Source: Escherichia virus TH44
Direction: 5' to 3' (one strand)
Sequence record: MT446415.1
Length of the DNA stretch: 64,000 bases
Both the position numbers and the translations under genes were made by a program. This document shows positions 57,303 through 64,000 of this stretch, piece by piece. The notes under the pieces are model-generated. The model was not told the origin of the DNA, made no database searches, and was given only the letters and a program-made list of their open reading frames with translations. Numbering within the stretch: the first letter of the stretch is position 1; every line of letters starts with the position of its first letter.

Positions 57303-57644
57303 TGTTATTATTACTTCTGATTGTTGTAACAGTAATTGGTTTGTTGCTATTAGAAAAGCGTAATAAGCATTTGGCTGAAGAAAACTGGAAACGTGGTAAC
57401 GTTTACTAAATTACTCTGAACTGCGAGAAAAATATTATGATTGGTGCGCTATTGATTAGTCTGTGGCTGTTGTCTGCATTTGGTATTGGTTTTATGTACT
57501 GGTGGGACAAACGTCAGACCCGGAAGATTGTTGAACGTGCAATTAATCGTGGTTTCAATCGTTAATTGCTCTAAAAATACAGTGATATAATTATCCTATC
57601 TTAAACCTGTGAGAAAAATATAATGGTGCCTATGGAAAAAATGA

Positions 57645-58823
57645 ATGTCTATTGCAGATTTGAAATCCCGTTTGATTAAAGCTTCTACATCCAAAATGAC
57701 CGCGACTCTTACCAAGTCCAAGTTTTTTAATGATAAAGATGTAGTTCGTACAAAAATCCCGATGCTGAACATTGCAATCAGCGGTGCACTAGATGGTGGT
57801 ATGCAGTCAGGTTTGACTATTTTTGCTGGTCCGTCAAAACACTTTAAATCCAATATGGGTTTAACGATGGTCTCTGCATATATGAACAAATACCCCGATG
57901 CAATCTGTTTGTTCTATGATTCAGAATTTGGTATCACAGAAGCATATCTTCGTGCAATGAAAGTTGACCCGGAACGTGTTATCCATACACCAATCCAGTC
58001 GGTTGAACAATTGAAAGTTGATATGGTTAACCAGCTTGAAGCAATTGAGCGTGGTGAAAAAGTCATTATCTTTATTGACTCAATCGGTAACATGGCGTCG
58101 AAAAAAGAAACAGAAGATGCGATGAACGAAAAAGTCGTTGGCGATATGACCCGTGCTAAATCCTTGAAATCTCTATTCCGTATTGTTACTCCGTATTTTA
58201 GTATCAAGGATATTCCTTGTGTCGCGGTTAACCATACAATCGAGACGATTGAGATGTACAGCAAAACCGTTATGACTGGTGGTACTGGTGTTATGTATTC
58301 TGCTGATACCGTATTCATTATCGGTAAACGCCAGATTAAAGAAACCGGTAAAGAACTTGAAGGTTTCCAATTTGTTCTGAACGCCGAAAAATCTCGTATG
58401 GTCAAAGAGAAAAGTAAATTCTTCATTGATGTAAAATTCGATGGTGGGATTGACCCGTATTCTGGCCTGCTTGATATGGCAATGGAAATCGGATTTGTGG
58501 TGAAACCGAAAGTTGGTTGGTATAACCGTGAATATCTTGATGTTGAGACCGGTGAAATGGTCCGCGAAGAAAAATCATGGCGTGCAAAAGATACCAACTG
58601 TACTGAATTCTGGGGCCCGTTGTTCAAGCACGAACCTTTCCGTGACGCAATCAAACGTCATTACCAGCTGGGTGCAATCGATAGCAATGCTGTTGTTGAT
58701 GCCGAAGTTGATGCGCTTATTGCCTCCAAGGTTGAAAAATACTCCGCTCCTGAAGGTAAGACAAAACCGTCCGCGGCAGATATCGAAAACGATTTAGATA
58801 TGATGGAAGACCTTGATGAATGA
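57645..58823 (+). CDS. uvsX: RecA-like recombinase UvsX
   Basis: 392 aa; LKSRLIKASTSK, GPSKHFKSN (Walker A), VIIFIDSIGN, near-identical to T4 UvsX. Confidence 0.97.
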   Translation: MSIADLKSRLIKASTSKMTATLTKSKFFNDKDVVRTKIPMLNIAISGALDGGMQSGLTIFAGPSKHFKSNMGLTMVSAYMNKYPDAICLFYDSEFGITEAYLRAMKVDPERVIHTPIQSVEQLKVDMVNQLEAIERGEKVIIFIDSIGNMASKKETEDAMNEKVVGDMTRAKSLKSLFRIVTPYFSIKDIPCVAVNHTIETIEMYSKTVMTGGTGVMYSADTVFIIGKRQIKETGKELEGFQFVLNAEKSRMVKEKSKFFIDVKFDGGIDPYSGLLDMAMEIGFVVKPKVGWYNREYLDVETGEMVREEKSWRAKDTNCTEFWGPLFKHEPFRDAIKRHYQLGAIDSNAVVDAEVDALIASKVEKYSAPEGKTKPSAADIENDLDMMEDLDE

Positions 58824-59157
58824 TATCGATTTATCTGATTTAGATAATTTCGAGAAAGATGCGGAGGGAGCTAAGGCTCCTTCTGTACCTTACTACGAAA
58901 AAAGTTTGGAGATTATCCGGCAATCCATGGGAACCGTACGACAGGAAATTCTGTTATCACTCCCTGATGGGTCCAGTCACATTGTGTACGTAACCGGAAT
59001 TAAAATTGAACCATCTGGAAAAGTTTCAGTTGATTTCGGCACCCCTTCTGAAGACCGCAAAGCGGAGCTTGCAGTGCATGTAGAAAAGTGTGTTACAATG
59101 CAAATACAAGATGAAATTGATAAGATTAAAATGAAAAAGAGGTGGTGGAAGTGGTAG
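58813..59157 (+). CDS. 40: gp40-like protein
   Basis: 114 aa ORF between uvsX and 41 as T4 gene 40; called by synteny only. Confidence 0.55.
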   Translation: MMNDIDLSDLDNFEKDAEGAKAPSVPYYEKSLEIIRQSMGTVRQEILLSLPDGSSHIVYVTGIKIEPSGKVSVDFGTPSEDRKAELAVHVEKCVTMQIQDEIDKIKMKKRWWKW

Positions 59158-60581
59158 AAACTATTTTATCCCAGCTACTCTTTAACAAGGAATATTTTGT
59201 TAAAGTCTGGCCATATCTGAATAACACATATTTTGAAAAGGGTCCTGCAAAGACCCTTTTTAATACGATTAACGAACACGTAAAAGAATATCAAGCGGTA
59301 CCAACTAAGACTGCACTTGATATCGCGCTCGACAGTTCTGACCTTTCTGAAGTCGAATATGAAGGCACAAAGAAACTCTTAGGAGTCCTGGCCGATACTC
59401 CAGAAGACCAGGAATGGTTGGTTAAAGAAACCGAGAAGTATGTGCAGAAGTCTGCGATGTTCAATGCCACATCCAGGATTATCGAAATCCAGAGTAATGC
59501 CGAACTTCCGAAAGACAAACGTGATAAACGAATCCCGGATATTGGCGCTATCCCCGACATCATGCGCGATGCATTGTCTATCTGTTTTGACTCTGCTCTG
59601 GGTCATGACTGGTTAAACGATTACGAAGCTCGATTCCAGACTTATCTGAACAAATCGAAGAAGGTTCCGTTCCGTATTAACATCCTGAATAAAATCACAA
59701 AGGGTGGGGTTGAGTACGGTACAGAGAACGTTTTACTGGCCGGGACAAACGTCGGGAAATCCCTTGGACTTTGTTCGTTAGCGGCTGACTATCTTCAGAC
59801 TGGCCATAATGTGCTTTATATAAGCATGGAAATGGCAGAAGAAGTATGTGCCAAGCGTATTGACGCCAACTTGCTGGATGTATCTCTGGATGATATTGAT
59901 GAAGGTCATATATCGTGGGCAGAATACAAAGCTAAGATGGAAAAATGGCGTGCAGCAGGGACTCTTGGGACTCTGAAGATAAAACAATATCCAACTGGCG
60001 GTGCTCATGCGGATACCTTTCGTGCATTGCTGAATGAATACAAACTGAAGCAAGGGTTTGTGCCGGATGTGATTATTGTTGACTACCTAGCAATCTGTGC
60101 AAGCTCAAGACTGAAAACGTTTACCGAAAACAGTTACGGTCTGATTAAGATGGTTGCAGAAGAACTTCGTGGTCTGGCGGTCGAGAAAAATGTGGTCCTG
60201 TGGACTGCAGCACAGACAACCAGGGGTGCGAACGTTGCAGCTGAGATTGATATGGCTGACATCGCAGAATCATTTGGTATTGCTCACACGGCCGACTTTA
60301 TGTTGGGTGTTGTTGAGACCGAAGAATTCGCTCAAATGGGACTACAGTTAATCAAACAGCTTAAGTCTCGTTATGGCGATAAGAACTACTATAATAAATT
60401 CAAGATGGGTGTTAAGAAAGGTAATCAGCGCTGGTATGAGGTTGATGATGATTCAGCTCCTAAACAAGGCCCTACGGTTAAAGAAGCCACTGGTGAGATG
60501 AATCGCCAGGCTGAAATGAATAGACAAACCAGGGTCAACAGGAGCGACCTGGACGACCTTGCTGCTCAAATGAAATTCTAA
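59151..60581 (+). CDS. 41: replicative DNA helicase gp41 (DnaB family)
   Basis: MVETILSQLLFNKEYFVKVWPY...GTNVGKSLGLCSLAADYL...VLYISMEMAEE resembles T4 gp41; GTG start 5 nt after gaggtgg. Confidence 0.95.
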   Translation: MVETILSQLLFNKEYFVKVWPYLNNTYFEKGPAKTLFNTINEHVKEYQAVPTKTALDIALDSSDLSEVEYEGTKKLLGVLADTPEDQEWLVKETEKYVQKSAMFNATSRIIEIQSNAELPKDKRDKRIPDIGAIPDIMRDALSICFDSALGHDWLNDYEARFQTYLNKSKKVPFRINILNKITKGGVEYGTENVLLAGTNVGKSLGLCSLAADYLQTGHNVLYISMEMAEEVCAKRIDANLLDVSLDDIDEGHISWAEYKAKMEKWRAAGTLGTLKIKQYPTGGAHADTFRALLNEYKLKQGFVPDVIIVDYLAICASSRLKTFTENSYGLIKMVAEELRGLAVEKNVVLWTAAQTTRGANVAAEIDMADIAESFGIAHTADFMLGVVETEEFAQMGLQLIKQLKSRYGDKNYYNKFKMGVKKGNQRWYEVDDDSAPKQGPTVKEATGEMNRQAEMNRQTRVNRSDLDDLAAQMKF

Positions 60582-60600
60582 AGACCTTCGGGTCTTTTTC
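60581..60600 (+). terminator. rho-independent terminator with UUCG tetraloop
   Basis: aagacc-ttcg-ggtctt then TTT; start of ~90-bp block also at 31283-31381. Confidence 0.7.
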
Positions 60601-60670
60601 ATTTAGGGGGTTTACATCCTCATAAAAGGGGTGTACTATTATCCCATCAACTACTGATGAGGATAATAAA

Positions 60671-60919
60671 ATGTTATTAGTTAATGTGCATTACCAGTTC
60701 AAATCTGAAGAAGCTCTCCAAAAGTATGCTGACATTTGTGAGCATAATAAAAGAACAGCTGCCATTGTTGGTCTGAAGCCTTTTAAAATTTTGGATTGCT
60801 CCTTGAACAGAGCAAGGCGCTGGTGTAGTGTTGCCTGTCATGCTTCAGTTGAAGGGAATGATTATTTTTTCATTACTTTCAATGCACAAGATTTTCATTT
60901 AATTAATGAATTAAAATAG
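60671..60919 (+). CDS. hypothetical protein
   Basis: 82 aa after conserved leader. Confidence 0.55.
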   Translation: MLLVNVHYQFKSEEALQKYADICEHNKRTAAIVGLKPFKILDCSLNRARRWCSVACHASVEGNDYFFITFNAQDFHLINELK

Positions 60920-60948
60920 TGTACAAACCCCTTGTCTTAGGACATAAT
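60919..60948 (+). promoter_or_regulatory. early-promoter cassette (gtgtac-N18-cataat)
   Basis: Leader gattccatactgagttacacaataaacc... Confidence 0.55.
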
Positions 60949-60998
60949 GATTCCATACTGAGTTACACAATAAACCAACTGTTAAAAAGGAAAACCAT

Positions 60999-61301
60999 AT
61001 GTTTAATCAAACCGATATGAACCGTTACTATTTTGGTCAGTTCGCTCGCCGTGATGAAAACTGTGCTGCTCTTATCGCATCAGGCATTCAAACTGGTAAA
61101 TTAATAAAGCTCAAAAGCGATGTTCAACCTTCATCTGTTCGCAGCTCTCTTCGTGAGTATCTGCTTGCAGGCGGTGAAGTGTACGTCATCGCTGAACCTT
61201 TTGTTAACGTGTGTGATGATTACACAATTAGTGTGACTGTTATGCACCCAACTACTGGGAAAATTCGTTGTCTGACTATGCACAACTATGAGTTGGCGTA
61301 A
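60999..61301 (+). CDS. hypothetical protein
   Basis: 100 aa. Confidence 0.55.
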   Translation: MFNQTDMNRYYFGQFARRDENCAALIASGIQTGKLIKLKSDVQPSSVRSSLREYLLAGGEVYVIAEPFVNVCDDYTISVTVMHPTTGKIRCLTMHNYELA

Positions 61302-61311
61302 GTGAACAAAA

Positions 61312-61331
61312 GGGGCTTACAGCCCCTTTTT
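61312..61331 (+). terminator. rho-independent terminator carrying the -35 of the next promoter
   Basis: ggggc-ttaca-gcccc then TTTTT; followed by TGtTATAAT (61336-61344). Confidence 0.65.
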
Positions 61332-61370
61332 CTTATGTTATAATGACTCTATCAACTACTGGAGAATAAA

Positions 61371-61688
61371 ATGAAAACCATTGATTGCAAGGCAGAATAC
61401 AAAGTTTATTATCATGGGTCAAGCTCTAATGCTGGAATCCAAAATATGCTTTGTCCTCCTGATGCAACTGGTGTTCTGTCAGAAGTTGGACGTAAGAAAA
61501 ATTTAGGGCGTGTGTTTTTTACTGAAGATATTGGTTTGGCGCGTATCTATGCAGGAAGAGCAGCTCGCTCATATGGAGGAGAACCCCGTCTTTATCGTGT
61601 GATTGCACCTGTTGACGTGGTTTGTTTAAATGACACTAAAGGCGCAACAGTTTATCACGCCGCATGGGCGTTTTGTGAGGAAATCTAA
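61371..61688 (+). CDS. hypothetical protein
   Basis: 105 aa after leader ctatcaactactggagaataaaATG. Confidence 0.55.
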   Translation: MKTIDCKAEYKVYYHGSSSNAGIQNMLCPPDATGVLSEVGRKKNLGRVFFTEDIGLARIYAGRAARSYGGEPRLYRVIAPVDVVCLNDTKGATVYHAAWAFCEEI

Positions 61689-61892
61689 ATGTATAAATTA
61701 GAGAACGTAGTGTTTATTGGTTGGTTTGAAAATGGTAATATGTTTACCAAAGAAACCGCGCTGGATGTCAGTGACAAAAATATGATTGAATGGGTTACAG
61801 TGCAGTATGCAGAAGTGAATAATGCGCTGGTTAAAGCCTTTGTTAATGACAATAAAGTTTTTGAATATGATGCCCGCATTGAGGAAATCTAA
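61689..61892 (+). CDS. hypothetical protein
   Basis: 67 aa; ends ...ARIEEI; weak paralog of next gene. Confidence 0.5.
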   Translation: MYKLENVVFIGWFENGNMFTKETALDVSDKNMIEWVTVQYAEVNNALVKAFVNDNKVFEYDARIEEI

Positions 61893-62234
61893 ATGACTTT
61901 TAATCCAGAAGACCGCGTAAAAGTAACAATCAAAGTGAGTGCCGTTGGCGTTCCATCTTTTGAGCGCTCAAGTATGTTCCATCCCGCAGGTATTCACTGG
62001 TATGTCCAGAAGACTGCTGATAACTATAATGCACTGGTTGAAGCTTTTGTTGATGACAAGCTAATTCATAAAGTAGACATGCGTAAGGGTACTGCATTGC
62101 GTAATCTGATTTTGACCGTTGAAGCTCAACTGGTAAATGAAGAAATCTGCCTTACTGATATTGAAGCGGCTCTTCATATTGCGCGTGCTGAATATTACAA
62201 CTTGACTGGTTTTTCAGTTGAAGGTGAAAAATAA
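61893..62234 (+). CDS. hypothetical protein
   Basis: 113 aa. Confidence 0.55.
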   Translation: MTFNPEDRVKVTIKVSAVGVPSFERSSMFHPAGIHWYVQKTADNYNALVEAFVDDKLIHKVDMRKGTALRNLILTVEAQLVNEEICLTDIEAALHIARAEYYNLTGFSVEGEK

Positions 62235-62264
62235 GTGTACATCAAAGGGATAATGCAGTATATT
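62235..62264 (+). promoter_or_regulatory. early-promoter cassette (gtgtac-N18-tatatt)
   Basis: agggataa/ttatccct repeat; leader atcaactactgaggagattgaaATG. Confidence 0.5.
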
Positions 62265-62292
62265 ATCCCTATCAACTACTGAGGAGATTGAA

Positions 62293-62586
62293 ATGAAAAA
62301 GTTATTAATCGCAGCAATTCTTACCGTAGCATCATGTGGTACAGCTCCAGTTACTGCTGGACTTGATAAAGACCTTTGTGAGTGGTCTATGACTGCGGAC
62401 CAGACTGATGTTGAACACCAGATTTATGCTGACATCATGAACATTACTAAACGTGACCGCCCAGATATGGTTAAAGAAGTATCTGACCAACTGGCTTCTG
62501 GTGACGTTATGCAGTATAACTATGTTCTGTATTGCGATGCTTCATTTGACAACAGCAAGATTGTTCAATGGGTTACAGGTGAATAA
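62293..62586 (+). CDS. lipoprotein
   Basis: Signal peptide with lipobox MKKLLIAAILTVASC. Confidence 0.6.
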   Translation: MKKLLIAAILTVASCGTAPVTAGLDKDLCEWSMTADQTDVEHQIYADIMNITKRDRPDMVKEVSDQLASGDVMQYNYVLYCDASFDNSKIVQWVTGE

Positions 62587-62587
62587 A

Positions 62588-63028
62588 ATGATTAACAGAA
62601 ATTTAGTTATCAAAAAACTTCGTTGTAAAAATCAAAATGCACAAGCATACAGGATGTTTTGGAGCGACGAGCCCATTCAATACCTGGGTTATTTTCTTGT
62701 TGATAGTGATAATAGAATTACGTTTGCTCATAAACTTCTTAACAAAGAATTAAACCATTGGCAAGAACTTATTGCGGTCAAGTCTAAATTATTTTCGCGC
62801 AATACAATACACCAATTGGTTTATTTTTTCGCTGATGGTATTCCTGACAAGGTTGAGTTTGACGGGTTTGAATTTAAAGACATCAACCCTGATAATGAAT
62901 TGAATGACAGTATTGTTAATATGGGTATCCCGGGTAAGTACATCAAAAACAGTCTTTTGAAACTTCTGGAAACCCCTGTATATTCAGTTGACGACCAGAT
63001 TTTTAATGCCTTCATGAAGCGAGATTAA
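62588..63028 (+). CDS. hypothetical protein
   Basis: ATG 1 nt after previous stop (track ORF 62453 is another gene's region); ends DDQIFNAFMKRD. Confidence 0.55.
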   Translation: MINRNLVIKKLRCKNQNAQAYRMFWSDEPIQYLGYFLVDSDNRITFAHKLLNKELNHWQELIAVKSKLFSRNTIHQLVYFFADGIPDKVEFDGFEFKDINPDNELNDSIVNMGIPGKYIKNSLLKLLETPVYSVDDQIFNAFMKRD

Positions 63029-63032
63029 TATG
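62990..63032 (+). repeat. 43-bp direct repeat, copy 1 (3' end of gene plus next ATG)
   Basis: gacgaccagatttttaatgccttcatgaagcgagattaatATG vs copy at 63362. Confidence 0.7.
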
Positions 63033-63184
63033 CATATTCAAAGTGATTTATCTTATCTGAATTTTGAATTAGTTAAAAATAATGATGGTAATGCTCATTA
63101 TGAATTCCGTGAACCCAGGTTTAATCAGGCGCGATTGGTTATATTATCGTTAAAGATGATGTTATCATAAAGGCTCGCTCATTT

Positions 63185-63400
63185 ATGGTAATGAATGGAC
63201 CGTATGAAGATACTCGTGGCTACCCATTTGATAAAAAGAATGTGCGCGATTGTGCAGTCTGGATAACTGGAAACCCTGAAATTGGGGTCATGTTATCTAC
63301 TGAAGCAAATGACATTCTGGAAGCGGGCTGGGTCAAAGCTCAAGAACCGCCTACTGATATTGATGACCAGATTTTTAATGCTTTCATGAAGCGAGGTTAA
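63185..63400 (+). CDS. hypothetical protein
   Basis: 71 aa; ends DDQIFNAFMKRG. Confidence 0.55.
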   Translation: MVMNGPYEDTRGYPFDKKNVRDCAVWITGNPEIGVMLSTEANDILEAGWVKAQEPPTDIDDQIFNAFMKRG

Positions 63401-63404
63401 TATG
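63362..63404 (+). repeat. 43-bp direct repeat, copy 2
   Basis: tgatgaccagatttttaatgctttcatgaagcgaggttaatATG; 40/43 identical to copy 1. Confidence 0.7.
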
Positions 63405-63623
63405 TTTGTTTTGACACAATTCTCTAAAGCAATATATAGTTACACTTGTCAGTGGGAAGTCTTTATTGATACTCCATCTCCCAAGTATGGAGTTTTTGGA
63501 CGAGTAACTACTCAAGCCTACGTTGCACGACCGACTAAACGTCAGATTCGTAAACTTAAAAAGGCGCATCGTCAACTGATTAAAAGAAGGGAACAATATG
63601 AGTGCAATGTGTACGGGCTCTAA
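63402..63623 (+). CDS. small basic protein
   Basis: 73 aa, Lys/Arg-rich C-terminus. Confidence 0.5.
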   Translation: MFVLTQFSKAIYSYTCQWEVFIDTPSPKYGVFGRVTTQAYVARPTKRQIRKLKKAHRQLIKRREQYECNVYGL

Positions 63624-63789
63624 GATTTCTGTCTTCCAGATTTTTGAAGAATATGAAATCGTGTCGCAAGACCAAGAAGCAATCCATGTTATCGCTGATG
63701 ATGGTGTTACCTGGATTATTCCGTTGTATCATGAAGACACTTATGAAGTGACTGATGCAAATGGTGATAAAGCTATCTTCGTTGTATAA
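63598..63789 (+). CDS. hypothetical protein
   Basis: 63 aa ORF overlapping previous gene end. Confidence 0.4.
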   Translation: MSAMCTGSKISVFQIFEEYEIVSQDQEAIHVIADDGVTWIIPLYHEDTYEVTDANGDKAIFVV

Positions 63790-63792
63790 ATA
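63785..63792 (+). promoter_or_regulatory. T4-type late promoter TATAAATA
   Basis: Exact octamer 17 nt before the 63809 CTS-like ORF. Confidence 0.55.
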
Positions 63793-63808
63793 GCGGAAAG
63801 GGGGTGTT

Positions 63809-63976
63809 ATGAAAACATTCAAAGATTTTATCAACGAAGATATGGTTGCTGGTGACGCAGGTGGAAACCCAACTAATATCGCAACAGGTACCACTTCCGG
63901 GGCAGTTGTCAATAAAGGCCCTGAACAAATCCCATCAAAAAAGCGTAAGAACAAAGACGATAAACCTACAGTATAA
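63809..63976 (+). CDS. CTS-like small protein (55 aa)
   Basis: Below track cutoff; starts MKTFKDFINED; ATG after aaagggggtg. Confidence 0.5.
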   Translation: MKTFKDFINEDMVAGDAGGNPTNIATGTTSGAVVNKGPEQIPSKKRKNKDDKPTV

Positions 63977-64000
63977 TGGTCCTCCGGGACCATTGAAATG

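Overview
This 64-kb window is a segment of a T4-like (Tevenvirinae-type) myovirus genome, syntenic with the T4 map from baseplate genes 7-6-5.4-5.1-5-53 (minus strand) through 4-2-3-1-57A-57B, a two-tRNA cluster, nudE-e-denV, tk-rI, nrdC-49, 55-47-46-rpbA-45-44-62-regA-43, and uvsX-40-41 (all plus strand). Core genes were recognised by reading the translations against remembered T4 proteins; no database search was run, and most of the ~90 small ORFs between them have no assignable function. The slots where T4 carries dCMP hydroxymethylase (42) and the alpha/beta-glucosyltransferases are filled by small unrelated ORFs, so the phage probably has unmodified cytosine, as in RB49-group T4-like phages. 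The hyperplastic regions are built from a recurring cassette (terminator hairpin, GTGTAC-N18-TATAAT-like early promoter, near-identical leader ending ggagaataaaATG), which looks like the promoter-early stem-loop modules recalled for RB49-type phages. The best candidates for new biology are: (1) at least 12 genes carrying a T4 internal-protein-type capsid-targeting N-terminus on unrelated cargo domains; (2) a tandem array of five small paralogs ending in W-x-S-S-x-C; (3) a macro-domain-like protein next to two secreted proteins, one with a lytic-transglycosylase-like domain; (4) a Pol-beta-type nucleotidyltransferase-like protein; and (5) lipoproteins at the positions of T4 imm and sp. No CRISPR array, integrase, transposase, intron or homing endonuclease was recognised. 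Start codons of many small ORFs, the tiny ORFs, promoter boundaries and the ncRNA call are inferences from sequence alone.
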